A stretch of 16,545 nt of DNA, taken from positions 1-16,545 of the forward strand of contig JAYNIA010000048.1 of NCBI GenBank assembly GCA_038108555.1. Direction: 5' to 3'. The DNA comes from Nitrospinota bacterium (GTDB lineage: Bacteria > Nitrospinota > Nitrospinia > Nitrospinales > VA-1). Position 1 is the first letter of the stretch, and every line of letters starts with the position of its first letter. This document shows, piece by piece, positions 8,106 through 15,854 of the stretch. Made by a program: the position numbers and the translations under genes. Below the pieces are notes generated by a model. That model was not told the origin of the DNA and ran no database searches. It saw nothing but the letters and a program-made list of their open reading frames with translations.

Positions 8106-9200
8106 TTATCGACCCAAACAAATGCCGATAGACTCTGCCGTGCGAATCAATTGTGAATCGGCAGGCACTTGGCGAACAATACCCGCCAGGGTTTTCAAGG
8201 GAACCCGGACAATCTCACGACCCTGTAGGGCCACCATGGTTCCGAAATGTCCTTCAGCAGCAGAACGTACCGCTTCTTCTCCCAATCGGGTTCCTAGAAC
8301 CCGGTCAAACGCCAAGGGGGTGCCGCCTCTTTGAGTATGGCCTAAAACCGTGCACCTGACTTCTAGATCAATATGCTTCCCGATTTCCCTGGCCAAGTGA
8401 TCGCCCACCCCACCCAGTTGTGCTACTCCTTGCAAACGGGTAGAAGCGGCTTCACTGAAGATGGCATCCTTTCCGATCGCTTTCGCTCCTTCTGCCACTA
8501 CCATGATACTGAAAGGGCTTCCACCCTCCTCTCTCAATTGGATTTTTTCAAGGATCTTATCTAATTGATATGGAATTTCCGGAATAAGTATGATGTGTGC
8601 GCCTCCTGCAATTCCAGCTTCCAATGCTATCCATCCTGCCTCGCGTCCCATGACTTCCAGAATCATCACTCGCTGGTGACTTTCTCCGGTTGTGTGCAAC
8701 CGATCCAGCGCATCACTGGCTACCTGGACGGCTGTTTGATAACCGAAGGTGTAATCGGTTCCCACCAAATCGTTATCGATTGTTTTGGGAATTCCTATTA
8801 CGGGAATCCCCATTTCGAAAAACTGGTTTCCGATTTGAAGGGTACCGTCACCACCGACAACGAAAAGACAGTCCAGCTCTAATTTTTTGAAGTTCTCGAT
8901 ACTTTGTTTGGAAAGATCACGGGTGATGACCTGGCAATTAGAATCGTATTCACGATACTTGAAGGGATTTCCCTTGTTGGTAGTTCCAAGGATGGTTCCA
9001 CCCTGGTCGAGAATATCCTTTGTATCCGCTGTTCCCAGCAAACGAGTGCGGTTGAAAATAAGGCCCTCGAAGCCATGTTCTATTCCAACCACCTCGGCAT
9101 CGTATTCTATGATTGCGGCCCTCGTGACCGCACGGATAACGGCGTTGAGTCCGGAGCAATCTCCGCCACCTGTTAAAATGCCAACCCTTTTTATTCCCAT
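8106..9200 (-). CDS. pfkA: 6-phosphofructokinase, PfkA family group III (mixed-substrate clade), probably ATP-dependent
   Basis: GILTGGGDC.GLNAVIR, GGTILGTT, GGDGT, PKTIDND, EVMGR.AGWIAL, LGH.QRGG motifs. Start moved from 9272 to the ATG at 9200 (MGIKRVG), 10 nt after the rimO stop. Confidence 0.93.
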   Translation of the reverse strand: MGIKRVGILTGGGDCSGLNAVIRAVTRAAIIEYDAEVVGIEHGFEGLIFNRTRLLGTADTKDILDQGGTILGTTNKGNPFKYREYDSNCQVITRDLSKQSIENFKKLELDCLFVVGGDGTLQIGNQFFEMGIPVIGIPKTIDNDLVGTDYTFGYQTAVQVASDALDRLHTTGESHQRVMILEVMGREAGWIALEAGIAGGAHIILIPEIPYQLDKILEKIQLREEGGSPFSIMVVAEGAKAIGKDAIFSEAASTRLQGVAQLGGVGDHLAREIGKHIDLEVRCTVLGHTQRGGTPLAFDRVLGTRLGEEAVRSAAEGHFGTMVALQGREIVRVPLKTLAGIVRQVPADSQLIRTAESIGICLGR

Positions 9201-9210
9201 TTTATTCTTA

Positions 9211-10563
9211 TCATTCTGCGAACTCGGCGGGTTGCGATACCGGTTCGGCAACCAGGTCATACTCGGCTGCACCAGTGATTCTCACTGGAATAATATCTCC
9301 CGGTTCGGCTTCGCATTTTTCGAGAATGACCTGCCCATCGATATCGGGTGCTTGAGAAGTCAGCCTTCCCGTCATAATATAATTTTCCTGGGCATCAAAT
9401 CCTTCAACCAGTACCGATTCTATTTGCCCGATTTTTTCCTGGTTTTTCCGGGTCGTAATGTCTTTTTGAAATTCCATCAGAATATTTTTTCTTTCCAGTT
9501 TAACTTCTTCAGGTACCCGGTTGGGATAATCGAAAGCGGTGGTTCCTTCTTCATCCGAATAGGTAAAAATGCCTACATGATCAAATTCCATTTCACAAAG
9601 GAATCGGAGCATATGTTTAAAATGTTCTTCTGTCTCTCCGGGAAAACCTGTAATAAAAGTGGTCCGCAAAGCAATTTCGGGAATCTTTAACCGCAACTCC
9701 TCAAGCATTTTTCGTACACCCCTTTCGGTCTCCTGCCGTTTCATACTTTTCAGCATTTCATCGTGAATGTGCTGGAGGGGAACATCAATATAGCGGCACA
9801 CTTTTTCTTCAGAGGCGATATAGTCGATCATGGATGAATTGAGAAAGGTGGGGTAACAATACAAAAGACGCATCCACTCCACACCTTCCACTTTTGCCAT
9901 TCCCTGTAATAATTTTACGAGGCCATCTTTCATGGCGAGGTCAAACCCGTACATCGTGGTGTCTTGGGAAATGATATTAAATTCTTTAACCCCCCTTTGT
10001 GCCAGGTTTTCGGTTTCTGCCAAAATGGATTCCGGAGATCGACTGCGCATGGGTCCGCGCATTTTAGGAATGATGCAGAAAGCACAACGGTTGGAACAGC
10101 CTTCAGAAATTTTCACATAAGTCGTGTAAAAGGCAGTGGTCATCAATCGATCTGTGTATGACTCATAAAACTCAGCAGGGGTGGCAACGTGATTGCGGTT
10201 ATTAAAACTTTCGGAATCCTCTTCCAGAATACTTTTTAATTGCGGGTATTGCCCCACCCCAAGTAGATGGTCGATTTCCGGAATTTCCTCCAAAAGCTCC
10301 TGCGTATGCCGTTCAGCCAAACATCCAGTGACTATGAGCTGTTTGCATTTTCCATCAATCTTATTTTGAGCCATCTCAAGAATGGTTTCGACCGATTCTT
10401 TTTTTGCAGACTCAATAAACCCGCAGGTGTTTACAATTATTATTTCAGCATCTTGTTCATCTGGAGTGAGAGAGTATCCAGACGAAACCAGATCGCCCAG
10501 TACCCGCTCCGAATCAACGGTGTTCTTGGGACACCCTAAACTGACCATTCCAACTTTTTTCAT
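9211..10563 (-). CDS. rimO: Ribosomal protein S12 methylthiotransferase (radical SAM, TRAM domain)
   Basis: SLGCPKN.VDSE, VNTCGFI..AK.ES, KISEGCSNRCAFCIIP (CxxxCxxC), RTTFI.GFPGETEE, C-terminal GR...APDIDG. These signatures point to RimO rather than MiaB. Confidence 0.96.
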   Translation of the reverse strand: MKKVGMVSLGCPKNTVDSERVLGDLVSSGYSLTPDEQDAEIIIVNTCGFIESAKKESVETILEMAQNKIDGKCKQLIVTGCLAERHTQELLEEIPEIDHLLGVGQYPQLKSILEEDSESFNNRNHVATPAEFYESYTDRLMTTAFYTTYVKISEGCSNRCAFCIIPKMRGPMRSRSPESILAETENLAQRGVKEFNIISQDTTMYGFDLAMKDGLVKLLQGMAKVEGVEWMRLLYCYPTFLNSSMIDYIASEEKVCRYIDVPLQHIHDEMLKSMKRQETERGVRKMLEELRLKIPEIALRTTFITGFPGETEEHFKHMLRFLCEMEFDHVGIFTYSDEEGTTAFDYPNRVPEEVKLERKNILMEFQKDITTRKNQEKIGQIESVLVEGFDAQENYIMTGRLTSQAPDIDGQVILEKCEAEPGDIIPVRITGAAEYDLVAEPVSQPAEFAE

Positions 10564-10603
10564 ATTTTTCCGGTATTTAAAAAATTTCGAATCGGTAGAA
10601 AAA

Positions 10604-11218
10604 TTAGCTTTGAGCTTCCTTCAACTTTTTTTTCATGCGACGGATCAATTCATTAAAATCATTTTTCTTTAGAATTTTATAAAACTGGCTTCGCAAATTA
10701 TTGCGCATGCTAACTCCATCGAGAATAACATCGACCACCTTCCAGTCTTCCGATGCCTGCTTCATTATGAAGTCGATGTCTACCTCACCTTCTTTTTTGT
10801 GAACTACGGTGATAGGAACCACCTTCATATCCTTTTTACTTTTGGTTTTCCCATACACCAAATCGAGGTCCGAGAAAAATTTTGCGGAGCTAGGGAAAGC
10901 GACATGAACAAATAGTTCACCTAGCAATTTCTGGAATTGACCCTGTTGATCGGTGCTGTGCTTTCTCCAGTATTTTCCCAATGCTTTTTGGCTGATTTCA
11001 GGCACCTTTAAAATGCTTATAGCAATGTCAGAATGCTTTTTGTTTGCTGCTTTTTCAGCATCTGACAAACCCTCTCTATCAACAATTTGCTTGATTTCGT
11101 TTAAAAGTATTTTGACTGCAGCTTCCGGGCTCTTTTTTCCTGATTCCCCCCAGGCGGACACTGTCATTACAAAACACAGTATGAAGATCTTTAAACCAAT
11201 TATTTTTAGTTTTCTCAT
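10604..11218 (-). CDS. MlaC/Ttg2D-family (HpnM-like) periplasmic lipid-binding protein
   Basis: Signal peptide ending SAWG, S..ALG.YW......Q...F..L, and C-terminal WKVVDV.LDGVS...N.RSQF..IL......LI..MK, the MlaC/Ttg2D signature. Confidence 0.85.
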   Translation of the reverse strand: MRKLKIIGLKIFILCFVMTVSAWGESGKKSPEAAVKILLNEIKQIVDREGLSDAEKAANKKHSDIAISILKVPEISQKALGKYWRKHSTDQQGQFQKLLGELFVHVAFPSSAKFFSDLDLVYGKTKSKKDMKVVPITVVHKKEGEVDIDFIMKQASEDWKVVDVILDGVSMRNNLRSQFYKILKKNDFNELIRRMKKKLKEAQS

Positions 11219-11322
11219 TTGTGATACATTTTATAGGTAATGGTTTCCTGTTGGAAATTTATTCAAATCAAATTTGATTCGCTTTTTTGATTCTTTAATT
11301 ATAACGGAATCTAAGCTGGGTT

Positions 11323-12075
11323 ATGCATACCATTTTGAAAAAATTATTGAGTCTGTTTTTCGCTCTGGGGGTTTGTTTTTTTAGTATTAATACCCCGATT
11401 GCTTTTGCACAAAATCCATCCCTTGAAGAAATTGATCGTTTATACGAAGAAAGCAAAACCATACCGGAATATGAAAATATCGCCTCTCAAATAGAAAAAG
11501 TTTTATCGGACCAACCTAATCTCTATGAATGGAAATGGAGGCAGGCCAGAGTTCATTATGCCTTGGCGAAAAAATCAGATGATTTAAAAATCCATCATTA
11601 TGACCAATGTATCCAAATAAGCGCCCAGGCAATTGAATTGCAACCCGATTCTGCGATCAGTTATTTCTTCCGGGGATTATGTCGGGGGAAAAAAGGAGAG
11701 TTGAAAGGAGTTTGGGCCAGTCTGGAAATCATCGACCCTTTTGAAGAGGATATGAAAAAAGCGGTGAGTTTGGACCCCACCGTTGTCCATTCCGGTCCCC
11801 ACCGGGCTCTGGGAAAACTTTATCTGGAGTTGCCTTTTTTCCTGGGAGGGGATTTGGGAAAGGCCGAGGCCCATTTGAGTGAAGCCGTTCGGTTGTCTCC
11901 CGATTATGCTGAAAACTATCTGGGACTGGCTCAAGTCCAAATTAAAAAATTTAAATCTGAAGAAGCGCTGGAAACTCTTCACAAACTCCTTCAACTTACA
12001 GATAATACGCAAGATGAAAAACTTCTTTCCATGAGAAAGGAAGGAATGGAATTATTGGAAGAATTGTCAGACTGA
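11323..12075 (+). CDS. Secreted TPR-like helical protein resembling the TRAP-associated TatT component family
   Basis: Sec signal ending IAFA|Q. Helical repeats AIELQPD.A..YF..G, AV.LDP....GPHRALG.LY..LP..LGGD..KA..HL..AV.L.P.Y..NYL. The TatT-like assignment comes from pattern recall, not a search. Confidence 0.7.
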   Translation: MHTILKKLLSLFFALGVCFFSINTPIAFAQNPSLEEIDRLYEESKTIPEYENIASQIEKVLSDQPNLYEWKWRQARVHYALAKKSDDLKIHHYDQCIQISAQAIELQPDSAISYFFRGLCRGKKGELKGVWASLEIIDPFEEDMKKAVSLDPTVVHSGPHRALGKLYLELPFFLGGDLGKAEAHLSEAVRLSPDYAENYLGLAQVQIKKFKSEEALETLHKLLQLTDNTQDEKLLSMRKEGMELLEELSD

Positions 12076-12084
12076 ATACTCACC

Positions 12085-13797
12085 ATGCTCAAAGAAATCA
12101 GAATTCAGAAATTTGCCATCATAGAAAATCTTGTGGTTAATTTTGAGGCCGGCCTGAATGTATTGACCGGTGAAACAGGTGCGGGGAAATCGATCATCAT
12201 TGATGCGCTCAATTTGTTGCTGGGTGGCAGGGCAGATACCGATGCCATTAGAACCGGTGAAACTACCGCATTGGTCGAAGGTATTTTTCAAATTTCCAAT
12301 GATGACACCCTTGCCCTGGTTCAGGAAATTGGCATTGAAACTGAGGATGGTGAACTTCACATCAAAAGGCAGATTTCCAATACCGGAAAAAACCGCTGTT
12401 TTCTAAATGACAGTCAGATCACGGTTTCGACGCTTGCAAAAATTGGCGATCGATTGGTCGACCTGCATGGTCAGCACGACCATCAAACCCTTTTGCACCC
12501 GGAAATTCATGTCGACCTACTCGATTTGTTTGGAAAGTCCAAAAAAAATCTGGATGCCTTTTCCAAGGAATTCACGGAATATCAAAATCTGGTAAAGACC
12601 CTACAATCTTTGAATACGGATGAAAAGGAACGGTTGCAACGTGAAGAGTTCTTGAGTTTCCAAATTTCCGAAATTGATGCTGCCAATCTTTCCGAGGGTG
12701 AAGAAGACGAACTCAAAGCTGAAAAAAACAAACTGCGCCATTCCGAGAAAATTCGGTCGGCTCTTGAACAAAGTCAAGCTTTGCTCTCTGAGCAAAATGG
12801 AGCCATTCTGGAAAGTTTGCGTCAGGTTTTGAAGGAACTTGAACCTCTTGTCGAGATTGATAAAGATCTGGAATCGCCCCTTCAAAGATCCCAATCAGCG
12901 TTTTATGAATTAGAAGAGGTAGAAGATACTTTGAGGACTCACAACCGGTCTCTCGATTTTAATCCTGAAAGATTGGAGGAAATTGAAGATCGACTGGCTG
13001 AAATAAGTGGACTCAAAAGGAAATTTGGAAATGATGTTTCAGAAATTCTTGCGAAGCGGAACCAGTTCGCTGAGGAGTTGGAGCAACTGGCAGGTAATGA
13101 AGAAAACCGTAAGCAGCTGTCAGCTGATATTGCCAAGAAGGAAAAAATAGTATCTAAACTGGCGATTGAATTAGCAGAAAAAAGGGAAGCGGGAGCAAAG
13201 TCATTAAAACAAGGGGTGGAGAAAGAATTAAAAGATCTTCATATGAATGGAGTTCGCTTTGGGGTCGATTTCAATTACCCCTCCGACCCGGAAGGCTTTG
13301 TTGAATATAAAAAAGTGAAATTAAAACCGACCTCGATAGGTTTGGGAACTTTGGAATTTTTATTCTCTCCCAATCCCGGGGAGGAACTTCGTCCCCTCGC
13401 TAAGATTGCTTCCGGTGGTGAGCTTTCCCGTATCATGCTGGCCTTAAAATCCATATTGAATAAACAGGACACGATTCCGGTAATGATATTTGACGAGGTC
13501 GATACGGGAATCGGCGGCCGGGTTGCGGAAAAGGTTGGAGACAAATTAAAAAAAGTGGCAGAGACCAAACAGGTTTTCTGCATCACCCATCTTCCGCAAA
13601 TTGCCGGAATGGCCTCCACGCATTACCGAGTTGAAAAGAAAGTAGAGGGTAAACGAACGCGATCGGGCATTAAATTATTGGAATACGAAGAACGAGTGGA
13701 AGAGCTGGCTCGAATGTCGAGTGGAGAAAAAATTACCGAGGCTTCCCTGCAACACGCACGGGAATTGATTTCTCCCCCCGGTAATGGAGGCAACTAG
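12085..13797 (+). CDS. recN: DNA repair protein RecN
   Basis: FAII, TGETGAGKS (Walker A), HGQHDHQ, long coiled coil, NPGE...PL.KIASGGELSR, FDEVD.GIGG, ITHLPQIA; 570 aa. Confidence 0.98.
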   Translation: MLKEIRIQKFAIIENLVVNFEAGLNVLTGETGAGKSIIIDALNLLLGGRADTDAIRTGETTALVEGIFQISNDDTLALVQEIGIETEDGELHIKRQISNTGKNRCFLNDSQITVSTLAKIGDRLVDLHGQHDHQTLLHPEIHVDLLDLFGKSKKNLDAFSKEFTEYQNLVKTLQSLNTDEKERLQREEFLSFQISEIDAANLSEGEEDELKAEKNKLRHSEKIRSALEQSQALLSEQNGAILESLRQVLKELEPLVEIDKDLESPLQRSQSAFYELEEVEDTLRTHNRSLDFNPERLEEIEDRLAEISGLKRKFGNDVSEILAKRNQFAEELEQLAGNEENRKQLSADIAKKEKIVSKLAIELAEKREAGAKSLKQGVEKELKDLHMNGVRFGVDFNYPSDPEGFVEYKKVKLKPTSIGLGTLEFLFSPNPGEELRPLAKIASGGELSRIMLALKSILNKQDTIPVMIFDEVDTGIGGRVAEKVGDKLKKVAETKQVFCITHLPQIAGMASTHYRVEKKVEGKRTRSGIKLLEYEERVEELARMSSGEKITEASLQHARELISPPGNGGN

Positions 13798-13802
13798 AAA
13801 AA

Positions 13803-14222
13803 ATGAAACAGTCTGAATTTCAATTTTCGGTTTCAACGAAAGGCCGGGGTATCTATTCCATAACCCGGGAGGTGGAAAACTGGATGAACAGTCAAAACAT
13901 CCGACTGGGGATGTTAACCCTCTTTATCCCTCATACCTCAGCATCTCTTTTAATTCAGGAAAATGCCGACCCAGATGTTTTAAAAGACCTGGACCGGTTT
14001 TTCAATCGGCTTGTTCCTGATGGTGACCCCCTTTACGATCACCAGGCAGAAGGTCCCGACGACATGCCGGCCCACATCCGATCGGCTCTCACCCAGACAC
14101 AACTTTCTATCCCCGTTCGGAACAGCAAAATGGCACTGGGAATCTGGCAGGGGATTTACCTTTTCGAACACCGGGTTTACCCACATAACAGAAATGTATT
14201 GCTCCATTTGATGGGCGAGTGA
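13803..14222 (+). CDS. yjbQ: YjbQ / UPF0047 family protein (annotated as secondary thiamine-phosphate synthase)
   Basis: HTSASL.IQENADPDV..D, H..EGPDDMPAHIRS, LG.WQGIYLFEH; 139 aa. Confidence 0.93.
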   Translation: MKQSEFQFSVSTKGRGIYSITREVENWMNSQNIRLGMLTLFIPHTSASLLIQENADPDVLKDLDRFFNRLVPDGDPLYDHQAEGPDDMPAHIRSALTQTQLSIPVRNSKMALGIWQGIYLFEHRVYPHNRNVLLHLMGE

Positions 14223-14243
14223 ACGGGTTTTAATTTTCAAAAA

Positions 14244-14272
14244 TTGACAGACCTTTTCTTTTACTTTACATT
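14244..14272 (+). promoter_or_regulatory. sigma70-type promoter for the TPR lipoprotein gene
   Basis: Consensus TTGACA (14244-14249), 17-nt spacer, TACATT (14267-14272), 42 nt before the ATG. Confidence 0.7.
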
Positions 14273-14314
14273 GGTAACTCTGTTATTTTCCCCTTTTTTA
14301 ATGATTTTGAGACA

Positions 14315-15136
14315 ATGAAATTCGCTAATTTTCTTTTTCCACAATCTAAATCCAATTCACTCCAAAACGTTTTTCCGTTGTTCTTTTTGACCTTTCTTTT
14401 TCTGGCAGTTTCTTGTGGTGGTGGCGAGGAAAAAAAGGAGGAAGTACCGGATCGAGCAAAAGTTGAGGAAGCAAAAAAAGCTTTTGAAGAAGAAAATTAT
14501 GATAAGGCTAAAAGTTCAATAGAATATTTTCTGGCTCAGTTTCCGAACGATGTGGAATCTTTATACCTTTATTCAGCCATATTGCTCAAAACAAATCAGG
14601 CGATAAAAGCAAAAGAAAAAGCCCAACTGCTTCTTGAAATCGATCCCACTGCGGCTGAACCTCAAGCCATATTGGGAGAAGTGGCCTATAGTCGGAGACT
14701 GTTTCCAAAGGCTTTGAAACTGTCACGAAAAGCCCTTAAAATTAATCCCAAACTGCAAGCCCCCTACCGGGTCATTGGAGAAATCTACCTGTTGGAAGGA
14801 AAGGTTAAGGAAGGTATCAAGGTTTTGCTTGAAGCCCATAAACTGGACCCGAAAGATATGGAAACCATCAAAAAATTATCCTCCGGTTATATCAAAGACA
14901 AGGACTATAGCTCTGCCTTGAAATTTCTCGAAAAAGGGCTGGAAATGGACGACCAGGTTCCTGGCATCCATTACAATCTGGCTGTGGTTTATGCCAATTT
15001 GAACGAGGGGGAAAAAGCTATTAAACACATCGATATTGCTTTGGAACAATATGAGGATAGGGATACCCTGTTTTGGGCCGGAAAATCACGGGACACCCGC
15101 AGACTCATTCAAAGGAAATTTAAGCTCAGCCCCTAA
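14315..15136 (+). CDS. TPR-repeat lipoprotein, function unknown
   Basis: Hydrophobic stretch ending LAVS-C34-GGG (lipobox-like), a charged linker, then about six TPRs (LEIDP..AE....LG, LKINP......IG..Y, KLDP.D, HYNLAVVY). Confidence 0.85.
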   Translation: MKFANFLFPQSKSNSLQNVFPLFFLTFLFLAVSCGGGEEKKEEVPDRAKVEEAKKAFEEENYDKAKSSIEYFLAQFPNDVESLYLYSAILLKTNQAIKAKEKAQLLLEIDPTAAEPQAILGEVAYSRRLFPKALKLSRKALKINPKLQAPYRVIGEIYLLEGKVKEGIKVLLEAHKLDPKDMETIKKLSSGYIKDKDYSSALKFLEKGLEMDDQVPGIHYNLAVVYANLNEGEKAIKHIDIALEQYEDRDTLFWAGKSRDTRRLIQRKFKLSP

Positions 15137-15170
15137 TCCTGCCTTTTTTCCACCCGCCGTAAAATTACGT

Positions 15171-15198
15171 TAAAGCTTTCCCAAAAAACCGCCGTTAA
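15171..15198 (+). promoter_or_regulatory. Putative sigma28 (FliA)-type promoter
   Basis: TAAAGCTT (15171-15178), N12, GCCGTTAA (15191-15198). The consensus is TAAAGTTT-N11/12-GCCGATAA, so there is one mismatch per box. Lies 62 nt before the ATG at 15261. Confidence 0.5.
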
Positions 15199-15260
15199 AT
15201 AAGTATTAGCCAATCTTTTCCTTACGAAGAGACAGGGATCATTTTTCAACGGAGGGTAAA

Positions 15261-15458
15261 ATGACTCAACGCCAAACAAACTATCAGGTAATTAACATGT
15301 GTGACTTTTGTGAAAACGAATTTGGAAATTGTGGAGCCACACCCCTGTTTAGCTATGAAATCGATGTGGATAATGTGACACCCAATTCACTGGATTCTGT
15401 AATCGCCTGCAACAAATACGAAAATCCCGTTACAGCGGTAATGATGAACAGTTATTGA
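15261..15458 (+). CDS. Small hypothetical protein with four cysteines (C-x2-C-x6-C-x25-C), putative metal-binding
   Basis: GGAGG Shine-Dalgarno at 15251-15255, fills the intergenic space without overlap, and is followed by a hairpin. Confidence 0.7.
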   Translation: MTQRQTNYQVINMCDFCENEFGNCGATPLFSYEIDVDNVTPNSLDSVIACNKYENPVTAVMMNSY

Positions 15459-15485
15459 TTGGCGGGTTGCTTAGATGCATAGATT

Positions 15486-15522
15486 GAAGCCCAGTTAACA
15501 AATGGGCTTCTTCAAATTTTTT
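15486..15522. terminator. Probable intrinsic terminator between the convergent 65-aa and 97-aa genes
   Basis: GAAGCCCA-GTTAACAAA-TGGGCTTC (8-bp stem, 15486-15510) followed on + by an imperfect T-rich tail, TTCAAATTTTTT. Confidence 0.55.
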
Positions 15523-15560
15523 GTTACAAATTTGAAAAAATTTTCTTCCCCTGAAAGGAA

Positions 15561-15854
15561 TCATCCTTTCTGAAACATTCCTACGATTGCCAACACGGCC
15601 ATACCAAAACCAAAAATCGTATAAACATATAAACCTACCGTGTTGTTACCAAGCATATCGATAAAATACGACCTGTTGAAAACAAATCCCCAATAAAAAA
15701 CAAATGCGTAGGAAACCAACAAACCCAGTTTATGTCTTCCAAACAGCAGACACAGGGTAATGATTAAGGAAAACAACATTACCTGACTCAAAGGAACGGA
15801 CAAAGATTTGTCCGCAAGGAAAGCGGTGAAAGGATCTTGAAAATTGACTTTCAT
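15561..15854 (-). CDS. Small hypothetical membrane protein (about 3 TM helices)
   Basis: 97 aa with three hydrophobic segments, an LLFGR.KLGLL.SY.F.FYWGF..N aromatic core and a GGGGA SD-like sequence upstream. Confidence 0.75.
   Translation of the reverse strand: MKVNFQDPFTAFLADKSLSVPLSQVMLFSLIITLCLLFGRHKLGLLVSYAFVFYWGFVFNRSYFIDMLGNNTVGLYVYTIFGFGMAVLAIVGMFQKG

Noticed and set aside
9201..9272. 24-aa N-terminal extension of Pfk
   Set aside because: Overlaps the rimO 3' end; the family N-terminus starts at MGIKRVGILTGGGD.
8887..9690. 267-aa plus-strand ORF and the other antisense ORFs over dxr, uppS, frr, tsf, rpsB, rimO and recN
   Set aside because: They lie antisense to well-conserved genes and have no motifs; typical shadow ORFs.
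9211..10563. Radical SAM enzyme as a RiPP maturase or hopanoid-modifying enzyme, with the small Cys protein as substrate
   Set aside because: The UPF0004 + radical SAM + TRAM architecture and the SLGCPKN/APDIDG motifs identify RimO. There is no SPASM or B12-binding domain, and the small ORF is about 4.7 kb away.
12085..13797. SMC-like ATPase as part of a defence system (Wadjet/Lamassu-like)
   Set aside because: Length and motifs are those of ordinary RecN, and there are no kleisin, nuclease or effector neighbours.
14315..15136. TPR lipoprotein as BamD
   Set aside because: Only the first repeat is reminiscent. The rest are generic TPRs without BamD-specific features that I can recognise, so no symbol was given.
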